DNA of 64,000 nt, taken from assembly GCF_009914755.1 (NCBI RefSeq), contig NC_060925.1. One strand, 5' to 3'. Of the stretch, positions 1 through 13,489 are shown one piece after another (the first letter of the stretch is position 1; every line of letters starts with the position of its first letter). A program made the translations under genes and the position numbers. Source of the stretch: the human T2T-CHM13v2.0 reference genome, Homo sapiens. Below the pieces are notes generated by a model, which was given only the letters and a program-made list of their open reading frames with translations, did not search any database and was not told the DNA's origin.

Positions 1-584
1 GCAGAATTATCAGTGATGCCATCCAGATCTGAGATACTCTATACATGATGATTTTTAATTGATTTAATCTCTTTATTTATTAGAAGTCTATTAACACATC
101 CTGTTTTGTCTAGAATTTGTTTTTATAATTTTTGTCTTCATATACGTTTGTCTATAGTTTCTAATGTTCTGTGTCTCTAGATTCTCATGGCAGTTGATAT
201 TTTAAAATAATGTGAAAAAATGAGGCTTTGAGGCTGTCTGTTAATACCCTCTTTCTGAGGGTCTTTGTAGAAAATAAAACAAGGCTACAACTTCATACCT
301 ACCACTCAGACATGTCATTTTGCATAAGACAAAAATGCACCTAAAATAAACTAGAAGATTATGTCATTTGACTTTAAGTTTTATCAAATGATGGCTGGCA
401 GCCTACTGTCCTCTTTGGTGTCAGTATTTAGATAACACAGGAAATGTAACTTGTAATGAGAAAAATACAAAATAACATTGTAAGTAAAGAATGATATCAG
501 TGGTTGATCATTTGACGAATCAGTGGTTAACACTTACATAGCACAGAGTATGTATATTTCCAAGCCACTTACATGTACGTCTTA

Positions 585-775
585 AATATATAGCTATTTA
601 AAATAACTATATATAATTTTAAATAGTTATATATTTAAATATATTTATATTTTATAATATGTATTTTATATATTTATTTTATAATATACATTTATTATAT
701 ATTGTATATGTATTAATTTATAATATATGCTATATTATTTAGTTATATATTCAAATATATATTTAGTTATATATA
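585..775. repeat. AT-rich low-complexity (TA/TTA) tract
   Basis: Nearly pure A/T with runs of TATA/TATTT. Confidence 0.85.
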
Positions 776-1639
776 GCACATACGTTCATTCAGAAAATAA
801 ATTGGCACAGTTATAGTTTTCATAGGGGACATTAAAACTATTATAAAATAATTTGTTTTAGTATATAGGAAAAATTGACACAACAAATGTTAACTAACTT
901 TATTAGAAACATTGATTAGTTAGAAAGATAGACACATGAACAACAATTATTGTGGTAACCAGAGTATACAGATTATTTTTGATTACTTAAAAAAAAATCT
1001 TTAAAACTTTAAAGTTTAAGGCTCCAAAAGTATAAATAATATTATGAAAGCAGAACTCCTACAGGTTGCATTTTCTGTGAATAACAATAAAATGTACCAG
1101 TTAAAATTGTAAATTGTAACCAAAAAGTATTATCTAGCCATCTAGCCACATACACATATAATTTGAGGTTACTTAAAATAGCATTTGGGTTAAGTAGAAA
1201 ATTCCAACTGATTTTTTTTTTAAGGATTAGGTGAGTACTAAGAAGGAAGCATGGTGATTGGAATCCAGTTAATTCAACAAAGCTATCTTAAAATAGGTAA
1301 ATAAATACTCATTTGGGTCATATTCAGTAAAGTAGAGAATGATGTCTTTACAAATTTATTCAACACATAAAATTATTTTTTGAATATTGAAAATTATTTG
1401 GCAAATGATACGTATAGAAATTTCTTAAACACATAAAATTATTTACATATTAAAAATCATCACATTCTACAAATTATTACTAATATATGGTACACTGTTG
1501 GGTTCAGAAGCTATTCTTGAATAAGAAACTTGAGATTTCTCATGAGGCTCTATTGTCAGCCACAAAATATCTATCTGAAATATTTTACTTATGTATTTTT
1601 TGGGAATAATATTCTATATAACAGCAAGTTTCTTCTAAG

Positions 1640-1845
1640 GCAACAACCGAAAATGCTCAGGATGTTATAAGAGCACTTAAAATGCCCGGTAGAGTTGAAG
1701 GAAAAATGCAGAAACTTCAAGAAGGAAAAGTAAATCTAGAGAAGGATCTAGAAAAGGAATCAAACAGAGATGCAGTTACTGCCCTCAGGACAGTTGATGA
1801 TCTTGTGATCATCAAACCTGTATGAGTCCTCAGACTTGCCCTCAG
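1640..1845 (+). other. Candidate cryptic/alternative exon carrying an open frame (ATG 1682 - TGA 1825, 47 aa)
   Basis: ttcttctaag|GCA acceptor at 1639/1640; cctcag|gtaaat donor at 1845/1846; frame open from the acceptor to TGA at 1823-1825. Confidence 0.3.
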
Positions 1846-1899
1846 GTAAATTTGAATAAAACAAAGACACGTAAAAACTGGACTCTTGACAAGAATTAA

Positions 1900-2380
1900 G
1901 GTATTCCAAATTAGAATTTATAAGCCACATAGGAAATCAACCACCAGAATAAAGGTTCAGAAAAACTAGATATTTCCAAAACGTCAAATACTAAAATTTT
2001 TAAAATATTTAAATGTATATAAAGGAAAAAATGGGAAATTGAAGTGATATGTAAAGATCAAGGAGCAACAAACTTTATAAGCCATACTTGGAAAAGAACT
2101 AAACCAAATATAAACATTTGAAAAATAAAATAAAGTTAATATACAATGCACAGTCAAAACATTAATGCATAAAGATCAAGGAAAAACAAACTTTATAAGC
2201 CATATTTGGAAAAGAACTAAACCAAATATAAACATTTGAAAAATATAATAAAGTTAATATACAATGCACAGGCAAAACATAAAAATAAGTTAATGAGAGG
2301 ATTAGTGAACTGTAAGATTTAGCTGCCAAAATGCATTACAGAGGAACGATGAAATAGAAATATGAATACAGATGGCTAGT
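1900..2380 (+). mobile_element. Ancient L1M-type ORF1 fragment containing a 118-bp tandem duplication
   Basis: A-rich L1 ORF1-like motif (gagaggattagtgaactg...gaaatagaaatatg); unit taaagatcaagg...caaaacat starts at 2052 and again at 2170. Confidence 0.55.
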
Positions 2381-2614
2381 ACCTATTAGTTATTTATTTA
2401 AATCCTCTCGCTCCTCCAATTCTCCACCCTCCAATAGGCCCCAATGTGTGTTGCTCCCCTCTGTTTTAAAATACGTAGATACTTCATAACAATAGGTTTA
2501 TTGAATGCTGATTTTACCATAAAATTTGTGACGATTCAATAACTACATTAAAATTTACTTGTAACTTTTTGTGAATATATATTTTAATCCAACATCAATA
2601 TTTGAAACCTTTAA

Positions 2615-2967
<353 letters not shown>

Positions 2968-3379
2968 CTCCTTCACTTTTTAAAAAGTTTTTCTCTCATT
3001 AGAAAACAAATCTCACACAAAGTAACATACAGAGTGTTCTAATAAGTATGAGTTTATACAGAAGACCTAGGGAGCTCTTATTCTACTTTTTCAAATGGAG
3101 ACTGTCCCCTAAAAATAGAAAACCTGACGTACTACTAATAAATATGTTTAAGCTCATGGTGAATATTTCCAGCCCCTATCATCACTAAGTTAGTCAATAA
3201 CGTTACAAGGATTTAATAAATAGCAGAGAATAATATTTCCACATACTTTCGTGGTAGCCAGAAAACAAGATAAACAAAAACCTACATATATAGTAGTTCA
3301 ATACCTTACTTGTTTTGATTACTATAGCTTTGTTAGTGTAGTTTTAAATCCGGAAGTGTGTGCCCTAAAACCCATGGGC

Positions 3380-6300
3380 ATTTATGGCCTAATTTCACAC
3401 TGATCATAGGTTACTCTGATTTCCACATACCCAGTGTAGTTCACCAGTCTTGTTGTGCCCATGAATGGACTTGGAGGAGAACAAGCCTTTAGAATACCTG
3501 CCAGGGTCATCATTAAGGGAGGACCCATCATTTTTTCACAAGCTCTGGTGTTACTTCCAGTCACCTCTCAGTGACTATTTCCTGTCATTGGCCTGGACAT
3601 TCTGGTGCCTTGGATCCCCACCTGGACCAAGCCCAAGTCTTTTGTACTGATGACTGTACAATCCAACAAGAAACCGGTACAGCTTTCCAACCCCCCTAAG
3701 GTGATCAACACCCTATAATATCCACTCAAGTAGGGCATAGAAGGGATTCATCCTGTTACATATGACATGATAGAAGGGGGGTTTTCTGAAACCACTTTCT
3801 TAACCTTTTAACTTCCCAGTCTGGCCCTTTTTCAAGGCCAGGGAAAGGAATGGAGGCTCACTGCTGATTACCACAACCTCATCAATGCTATACTTAAATC
3901 TCCTTACATCAGACATTGTCACCATCTTGGAAGAAGTTCAGAATTCCTCTGCAACTTGGTTTACTGTTACTGACCTGGCAGACATGTTTTGTTTTGTCTC
4001 AATTTGTAGAGAAATTCAGGTGCAGTTCACTTTTACTTTTAAAGGCCAAAGATACATTTTTATGAAGCTTCCAATGGGCTACCTCGGTAGTCCTCCACTG
4101 GCTCATGATCTGTGTAGAGAGGACCTAGCTGCCCTCTGACTTCCACCTGTGGCATTATGTGGGTGGTGTCCTGGGTGATAACCCAAAGGAAGAGGTAAAA
4201 TTGACCCTTACGTTGAGAACCAACCCTTGACCCATGGGGATGGGCCATCACCCTATCTATACAAGATTCAAGGACCTGCCATCTCCATCAATTTTGGGGG
4301 CTATATTTAGAGTAAGGAAGGCAGGCAGACTTCACAATCAGCCTCCCTCACTCACTCACAGAGTTCTTTTCTTGGCTAAAGAGGCCCAGCATGTTGGCAT
4401 TTGTGTCTTATTGAGATAACACATTGATCACCTCTAATGCGTTCTAAGATGCATTTATCAGGCCACTCACAAGACATTCACCTTCATCTGTGTTCTTCTC
4501 AAGAAGAAGCTATAAGAGCTGCCCAGTGGTTAGTCCAGGAGGCTCTTCCACTAGTCCCATGGGGAAAGGACTTGCAATGGTAGGTAATAGGTTTCAATAA
4601 TAATACTGCTTGACTCATGGAGTCTTTAGACTACTCACTCTGGATCTTGACTCACAGTGGGCTTTTGGTGTATGCCTGTGGTTAATATATGCTTCTCAAG
4701 ACACAGTTGGTTGCAGTTTATCTAGTTCTGTCTGAGACCAAGACACTGACAGGATTTGAATTCATCTACTGAAAACAGAGATCTCCACTGTGCCTTGGAT
4801 CTGAGAACCCTATTCTAGCAAACCAGGTGCTGCTACCAAGCATCTCTTGTCAAATGGAAGGGATACTTGCAGGACTGAGACAGGCCTGGAGTTTCAGGTG
4901 TTTCTGTACTTCACAAGACTGTCAGTTTCTGTCCCTCCAGCATGCCAGAAGATGATCGACAACCAGAGACCATTTTGCCTTTAGCTAGCTGGGTCCTTTC
5001 CAACAGCTGGAAAGCTATTGCACTGCTGCAGCAGGGGTGTACCTACTTTAGTGATGGACATGCAGAGGTGCCCAAGTCACATCTGGATGGGCAACATCTA
5101 TCATCTGGCATCAGATAAACCCTTCCAGCTGCAGAAAAAGGACCACTCAGTATGCAGAACTGATGGCCCATTTCCACTAGGTCATGAGGTTGGTTCTCAA
5201 AGTGAGGGCCCTTCTTATCTCTTCCTCTTGGTTATCTTTTCATCCTCCTGGCTGTTGAGCAGTCTGCCATGCAAGGCCAGTCTGAAACCCACATCTTCAC
5301 CAATTCTGGGGCCATCACTAATGGGTAATCAGTGGTGGTCACAAACTGGAAAAATCATGGTCAGGTACTGTGGGGTGCCTCCCTTTGGTGGAACGGTGCT
5401 GATTTCTGTGCCACATGGTCTATTTTTATTCACCGTGTCTAGACTCACACCAGTAAGATCCTGCCTCTCAATATGACAAGGCAAATTACCTTACCTACAT
5501 CCTTACTCTCATAGACCAGACTTTGGTACCTGGGATAGCTTTCTACTCCTGGGCACACCTGACTTTGAGACATCTTATCAACTTGGATTTTATTGTGGGG
5601 CTTCTCTGTTTTATTCAACTCAGTTGCTTAAGCCATCCAGAACTGGCTGCTCTGGTAAGAAGACTTCTTGTCTCTTACTGTCTTTTGGTGACATAATTAC
5701 CCACATGTCAACCAGAAAGTTCATTTTATTGCCCACCCCAACAAAGAGCACGCCTCACCAAATATGCCCCCACTGTGGGTGACACCTACAACCTACACTG
5801 CACTGCCTCCTGTTCTTTGTTGTTGATTAGCAGCCCAAAAACATCATCAGTGTCTGACTGTGTCAGTCCTGGCCCCTTTTGGGAACCTCCATGTTACTCA
5901 GTCTGAGCAGGGTGTCCATTTTTCACCTAAGGTCACCCAAAATTGGGCACTGGGGAATGGCATTACCTGAGCCTTTCACCTTTAATACCAGCAGACAGCG
6001 ATGGGCTAAGTGAAAGTATGAATGGGCTGATGAAGACTTTGAAAAACAGCCTCCCTTTGGACTCCTTCTTGTCACCAATATCTGCCTCTGGTACTAGCTC
6101 ATATTTACAGCTACTCACTACCTCTACTCCTCATCTCCATTCCCAGTGGCCAACCCACCTTTCAACTTTTCTGCATTATTCTTCAGGCCAAGCTGCCTAC
6201 CCTGACTTGGGACCACAGGATTTTGACACTGCCGCAGCTATTGCCCTGGCCCCAGGACAGCAATTCTCAGATTACGTTTTCCTCTTATTTATCCTCCCAG

Positions 6301-7250
6301 AGATGCTACCCACAACTTTGGGCAACACCACATGGGCATTGGTGTCTCATTAAGGTCTCTGCACTTCTCTTTTTCCAGTTACTGTTACAGGGGTGGATGT
6401 GCCACCAGCCACTGTGCATTTGATTTCACCTCGAGATGTGGCAGTTACGACATTGCTGCCTCACTAGGTCTTTTGAAAAATGACTCCAGAATCAACCCTG
6501 GTTGAAAGTGAGCCAGCAGCTTGAAGACTAGCAATAAGTTAATGTTGGCTGAATAAGATTTCAAACTCACAAACAGATATACCCCACCCTTGTTATTGCA
6601 ACCTCTGCCTTTGCTTTCTGTTAGCACTTCTCATTCAGGGCCTCATCTTTGATAGCCTGTGCAAACCCCTCCCATGGTGACTCCCTTGCAAAACTCTGTA
6701 CTGGGAGCCTTCCTGTTGGAGTCCTCTACTGTGTGTCCTGTGTGTTTACTGTGTACCTTGCCTGCCACAAGCCCCACGCCCAAAACTGTTTCTCTGGTGC
6801 CAACAAGTACTGCTGGAGTCAATTCTACCCAAAACAATTGATTATTGAGAATAGGACTCTGCTCATCCTGCTGAAATATCAACATGATTAGCATCTCCAG
6901 TCTTTGAAGGAGTGCCTTGACATTTGCTCCTGCTATTGCTATCAGAAAGCTAGTGAGCTGTGATCTGATTGAGACTTATGGTCTCTATTAGAAATTCTTG
7001 AATGGCACCATCATGTTCCTCATGTAGAGGCCATCTGCTGGGCCCAGTTAGACCTCCTGCAGACTAAACTCCTTATGGTCTTCTGGACTGGGCTGACTCA
7101 GAGTCCTATTGTCAGCCCCACACTTGATTGATTTTTACTATGCTATCCATAAGAGTTACTTCTAGATTTGACTGCTGCTTTTTATTTTGATTTTATCCCT
7201 TTGTTGCTTCCACTGCTTTATTGCCAGAATTCTGACAATTAATAGCAGGA
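3380..7250 (+). mobile_element. Highly degenerate class III (ERVL-type) endogenous retrovirus internal region: pro/RT/RNaseH/IN remnants, possible 3' env-like remnant
   Basis: ORF 3885-4139 has RT motifs (WFTVTDLADMFCFV, QFTFTFKGQRYIFMKLPMGYLGSP); upstream EWRLTADYHNL; IN-like QSEQGVHF near 5900; many stops and frameshifts. Confidence 0.7.
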
Positions 7251-7851
7251 TACCTACTGCAACATAAACCTTATGACACCTTTACCCTGGCACTCATGTC
7301 TTTCCTCGTATTAAATGAAAACGGACTTTGCTGCCACTTGACTCCTATCCTGCTGGCTCTGCCATCTTGCATGTGACAAGGCTATTAGCTAATATCACTG
7401 CTTGCTTGACCACAGGTGATGTTCTTGTGTCACAGACCTTCTTCCCTATTTATAAAAAAATCACCTTTCTTCCAACAAATGGCAAAGCCTCCCTTCTAGA
7501 TCGGCTTCCATAAATACCTTCTCACCTTTTTTCTTAGCTTTTGTTCAGACCCCTCTTTTTGTATGACAGAGATAAAGGCTAGCGCTTATTCAGCGCTCCT
7601 CTAGCCCTTGACCCCAGCTCAGATCTTCCCAGTCTGCAAGGTGCTGCCTCATACACATGACTGTGTGCCTTATTTCCCTGGTGGTTGCTTTATGTCCTTC
7701 CAGACCATGTATCAGTTATTCCACCTGCTGAAAGATACCCTCACAGTTACCATCTCTGTCCTGCACCCAGAATGCCCACACAGACTGTCCCACCAACCCT
7801 GACCACATTGCTACCCAGCAAAACCTTTACTTGTGTTTTTTCACTAGTTTT

Positions 7852-8245
7852 TTAAATAAGAAAAATCTTAGAAAAAGTTAACAGCGTTTAATTGAACAAA
7901 GACTGATTTACACATTACGCAGCCTTCAGCACCAGAAGAGGCAAGAGCTCTGCTCCACAGTGTGGGCAGGAGGATTTATACAGAAAACAGAAACGGAACT
8001 ATAGTACAGAAACATCTTAATTATTAGTTACAGCTTGGAATTTGCCATTTTTTGTGAGAAAAGGTCTGACTGATTGTCAGCCTGTGATTTACTGAATCTC
8101 AACTACTGTTATTGGATGAAACTTAGCTATTTGTTACAAAAAGATACTCCTAAGTTAGGCCTCCAGTTGGTTTACATACTCAGGATGTAGTTCCTCACAT
8201 AGAGGCTCAGTGCAGAGGTAGTTTCAGGTCATGTTTAGTTTAACA
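7852..8245 (-). mobile_element. ERV1 solo LTR (MER57/MER93-like)
   Basis: Reverse complement begins tgttaaactaaa and contains cctaacttaggagtat...gtaacaaatagctaag, recalled as typical of the MER57 group. Confidence 0.6.
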
Positions 8246-9399
8246 GTTTCTTAGGCCACCTCCTTCACTGTTCCTACAGCCTACGCCTTTTGGAAACACT
8301 TGGTACCTCAGTTGTATTTGGCAGCCATTTGGATGGACAAGACCCAAAACTCAGGCTTGATCGGGCCACCTCCAAAATCAAGCTTTTGTACCTATGATAT
8401 CACCTCCAGCACACACAGTGCCTCTAGACTTAACTGCTTAGTTCTGAGTCCTCCTGGTCCTCCTGTCCCACTCCAGCCTGCCATTGCTCACAGTCAAGCA
8501 ACTCCGAACCTACTACCAAGTCCATTTAACTCATTTTACTTCCCCATGCAATTGTTTTTTCAAGACCCAGTGTACTTACAGGTTTTTGTTTCCCCAGATG
8601 GCCTGATGTCCCTCCTCAAATTGCAGCTTCTCTAGATTTATTCACAGATTACTCAGCATTGATGTCACTGACAATTTCCATCACAGGGTCATTTCAGTGA
8701 CATGTCAGGCAGGCAGCCTTTCAACTTGCTGGTCATGCCTTTGCTGATATTCTGCTACTAGTTTACTTTTGGTAGTCCAGCCCTGGTTACCATCTGTTGA
8801 CTGTTCTTTTCTCACCATTGGTAAGTCTGCCCTTGGACAGCTGACCCTCGGTCTTGTGATCTCCCCTAATTTTTCAGGCAACACGGGACCTATAATGCCC
8901 TCTCTGCTGATGATGCAGTTCAGTCCCCACCAGACTGTTCTGAGGATGCCACCAATTCCTGTCTTACCATCACAAGGTGCCCTTCTAGAGGATACTCTCA
9001 TACTTATCAGGGCACCTGCACTGGCTGGTTGGGCACCTCTCACCTGACCTCCCCCAAGAGGCCGTGGTGGTCCTGTTTCAGGAACACCTGTTTACCTATT
9101 TTCTTACCCACCTCTTTCTTGTATTCCTTTACCTTCACCAAAGGAGAGATAGGACCCTTTGGGAATCTGGTCAACTAGGACAGTCCTAAACCATCAAGCA
9201 CAATACACTGTAAGAAAAATAACACCTTAAAATAGAAATAAAGGCATATATATAGGGTGAACATTTTGCCTCTGGCCTCAGGCTCAGGGTGACTCCGCAG
9301 GTGCTGGCCCATTCCCGACATTCCCTGATACTGTCCCAGTGCTGTTTCTCAGTAATTCTTCTTTTTCTGTGCCAGAATTTTTCCCCAGAAACAAATCTG

Positions 9400-11055
9400 A
9401 CATTTGGGTGTCAGAGAGTAGGAAATAAATCTGACTGAACTTTTGAGGCCTTCTACCTCAGGGAAATTTGTAGGAGTTAAGTGGCTGAAGCATGTTGAAA
9501 AAATTTTTCTAAGGTGAAAGGTGTTTTTGCCTTTGGCCCCTTCTACAAACCAGAAAGAGGCACAATACCTTTTGTGTTTGGGGGAGGCAGCATATTCCTC
9601 ATTTGAGTGTGTTACTGCATTTCTCTTCACCACTGTCCGGGGGTGTCTCAGAAAGGGGTTGGAGTGCTGCAGCTGTCCATTTTTTGGTGGTGCATTCATA
9701 TTATGCAGAAAAAATCTATAAGCTAGGCCCTAACCTTCTCTTCCTCTGAGAGCTGATTATAGGGTACCCCCATGAGGCCATAGGTGCCAGCTTGAAGAGA
9801 TAAAGTGGTTTTGCTGAATGACATGAAAAGCTGTTCCCAGTGGGGTCCAGAGCAAGAGAAGTCTCTGCAGCAGGTCCAGGCTGCTGTACAAGGTGCTCTG
9901 CCACTTGGGCCATGTGATAGCAGATCCCATGGTGCTTGAGGTGTCATGGCAGATAAGGATGCCTTTTGGATCCTTTGCAAGGCTTCTATTAGTGAATGAC
10001 ATGCTAACCTTTAGGATTGTGAAGCTAGCCCTGCCATCATCCATAGAACACTACTTTTCTTTTGATAGAAAGTTCTTGGCCTATTAGGCCTTGGTAGAAA
10101 ATGAATGCTTGACCATGTGCCACCAGGTTATCATGCAATGTGACCTGACCATGATGACCTGGTTGTTGTCTAACCCATCAAGCCATTAAGTTGGGCATGC
10201 ATAGCAGCACTCCATTATCAAATGAGAGTAGCATGTGTGTGATTAGGTCCAAGCAGATGCTGAAAAACAACAAAGTTAAGAAGTGGCCCAAATACAGATG
10301 GTTTCTTCTCTTGCTAAACCACTGTCTCTCTCCAAGGCAGTACCTATACCGTCATGGGGAGTACCTTATGAACAGTTGACAGAGGAAGAGAGGGATAGGG
10401 CCTGGTTTAACAAATGGTTCGGCACAATATGCCTATACCACCCCAAAATGGGCAGTTGCAGCACTACAACCCCTTTCTGGGATATCCCTGGACAGTGGTG
10501 AAAAGAAATCTCAGTGGGCAGAAGTTTGGGTTGTGCGCCTACCTCATTATGCACTTTGCTTCAAAGTAGAAATGGCCATACATACTATGGCGTATCAGTT
10601 CATTGGCCATGACCAATGTGGTTTGCCTGGATGGTCAGTGATTTGGAAGGAACATGATTGAAAAATTGATGAAAGGGAATTCTGGAGAAAAGGTACATAA
10701 ATAGATGTCTTTAAAATATCCTCCAAAATGAAGCTACCCATCTTCTATGTCAGTGTGAACCAAAGTGTGATCCCAGCAGGGGACGGTTTAAATCACGTGG
10801 CTAGGATGACCCATTTTGTGGATACTGGTCAGCGTCTCTCTCCAGCCACCCCTGTCTTTAGCTAATGGAGTCATGAACAAAGTGGCCATGGTCTCTGGGA
10901 AGGAGGTTATGCATGGACACAGCAGAATAAATGTCCGCCCACCAAGGCCAACCTGACTATAGCCACCCCTGAGTGTCCAGTCTGTCAGCAGCAGAGAACA
11001 ACACTTCGCCCCTAATATAACTCCATTCCACAGGATGATAGCCAGCTACCTGGCG
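9400..11055 (+). mobile_element. HERVL/ERVL internal pol fragment (RT C-term, RNaseH, start of IN)
   Basis: HERVL-like strings LAPSTNQKEAQ, QQVQAAVQGALPLG..DPMVLEVS, SWGVPYEQLTEEERDRAWF, and the IN zinc-binding region (catgaacaaagtggccatgg...gagtgtccagtctgtcagcag). Confidence 0.85.
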
Positions 11056-11761
11056 CCTGCCCTGAGTTGCCTTGTGTTACCTTTGGGTGCCTCTTGCCAA
11101 ACTGCTTAAGCATGGGGCTGGGGGAATTGAGGGTGAAGCCAACATCAGCATCTTCACAAAAGGCTCTCACTCTGGGTGCCGCTCAGTCCAGTGCATAGCT
11201 GTGGTCCCATCTGGGCAATCCTTCACTCCCCATCACCATTGTGTTTGGGTAGTGGGGGAATTGGGAGATGAGAGGAGCCCTCTGTAGACTGGCATAGGTT
11301 GTTAGGTGTTGGAACTTTGGTGGGTCTGTCATGTTCACACCCAGATCACGGTTGGCAGGATGAGTGTTGGGAATCAAGCTTGTCTGTCATTTAATTCTGA
11401 GACCTCAAGCTTTCATCTTATTTTCTCCCAGGCTGCAGGTCTATGGAGAGGCTCCTCTGTGCCTGATCTTGAGAGCAGAATTTCTAATGGTGGTCTCCTC
11501 TTGTGGGGACAGCCAGGCAGGCCACTGTCATTCTTTGACCAGGCTTCATCTAATTGTCTTAAGAAGCAAAAATGGAGAGTATGTGTCTGGCTTTTTGCTA
11601 GGTAAAAAAATCAAGTATCATCCAACTTACAAAGGAAAGGGTGGTTTTTTGTTTTTGTTGTTTTTGTTTTTGTTTTTTTGTTTGTTTTAGTAAGCTGCTC
11701 CTGATGAACACAAAGGATGGGAGATTTAATTGCAGCTATTTGCCAGGATTACCTGGGCACC

Positions 11762-12121
11762 TATATTAGTTTGTTCTCACACTGCTATAAAGAAATACCT
11801 GAGACTGGGTAATTTATAAAGAAAAGGTTTAATTGACTGACTTTCCCATGGCTGGGGGGGCCTCAGGAAACTTACAATCATGGCAAGGGGCAAAGGGGAA
11901 GCAAAGACCTTCTTCACCTGGTGGCAGGAGACAGAGTGAGGGGGGACCTGCCAAACACTTTAAAACAATCAGATCTCATGAGAACTCACTCACCATCACA
12001 AGAACAGCATGGGGGAAACCATCCCCATGATTTAATTATCCCCACCAGACCCTTCCCTAGACACATGGGGATTACAACTTGACGTGAGATTTGGGTGGGG
12101 ACACAGAGCCAAACCATATCA
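11762..12121 (-). mobile_element. MaLR solo LTR (THE1D/MSTA-like)
   Basis: tatattagtttgttctcacactgctataaag...acagagccaaaccatatca termini; 5-bp TSD gcacc/tcacc at 11757-11761 and 12122-12126. Confidence 0.9.
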
Positions 12122-12426
12122 TCACCCATCTTCCCCTGCTACTTTCTCTTGCCCTACACATCTCTTCCATTTGGCTGTTTATAAGTTGTACCCATTTTAA
12201 TAAATTGATAAACAGTAAAATGTTTCTGTTGAATTGCTTGAGTAGTTGTATCAATTATTTTAAGCTTGTGGAGAAGGTTATGGGAGCCCCTGATTTATAG
12301 GCAGTTGCTCGAAAGTATAGTTGGGCCCCTGAGTCTTGCAGCTGGCATCTGCACTGTGGGAAATGTTGTGGGACGGAGCCTCGAACTTATGGAGTCTGTG
12401 CTGACTCTGGGTTGTGTCATAGTTAA

Positions 12427-12831
12427 CCCTTTTATGCCTGAGGTTGCAATTTTTTTTTTGTTTTTCGACGGAGTCTTGCTCTGTTGCCCAGGCTGGAGTG
12501 CAGTGGCATGATCTCGGCTCACTGCAAGCTCTGCCTCCTGGGTTCACGCCATTCTCCTGCCTCAGCCTCCTGAGTAGCTGTGACTACAGGTGCCGCCCAC
12601 CACGACTGGCTAATTTTTTGTATTTTTAGTAGAGATGGGGTTTCACCGTGTTAGCCAGGATGGTCTCGATCTCTTGACCTCATGATCCGCCCGCCTTGGC
12701 CTCCCAAAGTGCCTGAGGTTGCAATTTTTTGAATTTTTGCAATCAGACCTTGGTGATGACCTTGAGCAGTTGGATATAAATAACTCCCACATGCTAAGCA
12801 TTCCAATAATGGAACACTACGCATAAATAAG
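12427..12831 (-). mobile_element. MER85 piggyBac (PGBD3-family) MITE, split by an Alu
   Basis: TTAA at 12423-12426 then cccttttatgcctgaggttgc; resumes ...gcaatcagaccttggtgatgaccttgagcag...ctcccacatgctaagcattccaataatggaacactacgcataaat; degenerate CTAA at 12832-12835. Confidence 0.9.
12450..12712 (-). mobile_element. AluY-like, 5'-truncated by about 33 nt, inserted in MER85
   Basis: AluY-diagnostic gcaagctctgcctcc...ttcacgccatt; TSD gcctgaggttgcaatttt at 12436 and 12711. Confidence 0.92.
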
Positions 12832-13489
12832 CTAAAATCTTAGACAACCAGTTGGTGTTGGAGAATTGATTTTTTTCAGCAAACCCCACACATTTGATGC
12901 CCGAGGTGTTTTCAGAAAAAATAAATAAATCACAGGTCAGAACCTTTACCTTACTCCAGGTAATTGGTCACTTGTGAGAGTTGAGACTCTGGAGGAGCAT
13001 CTCCATATGGTGAAAGGGAATAGTAGAGTGTATGGAGCTCCCAGAATTAAATTCCTGAGCTTCTCATGTTTCTCTCATTCAGTACCTAGGAGTGAGCCAC
13101 CCTGGGCTACATTTCCATAGTGAGAGCAAACTGCAAGCTTGAAATCCTATTTAACATACAAAGTATGGAGTAAACTGTAGATAAAACAGGCTGGTTACCC
13201 AAGTTGCTCCTTTTTCCCCCCTTCCTCCCCTCCATTTTTCCTTTTTTGAGTTTTCAGTAAGTTAACGTTACCATTAATATTCCACTTACATTGTGCTGAA
13301 AAAGTTTGTGTGTGTGTGTGTTGCCTTCGTCTTTTGCACACGTTCTTTCTCAGGCTGTGGGTCACCCAGTGTACTCACCCTTTTCACTGCTTAAGGGACT
13401 TGCGTTGTTTCACGTCTGTTTTATTATGACAATATTATTGTTGATTTTAACAAATGAAATTGAGGCACAAAATATACTTGTAAAGTTTA

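Larger units (their letters stand above)
12127..12930 (+). mobile_element. MER21-like LTR 3' portion interrupted by MER85 and Alu
   Basis: catctcttccatttggctgtt...gggagcccctgatttatag...cagttggtgttggagaattg...ccccacacatttg, recalled MER21 motifs; sequence resumes after 12835. Confidence 0.65.
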
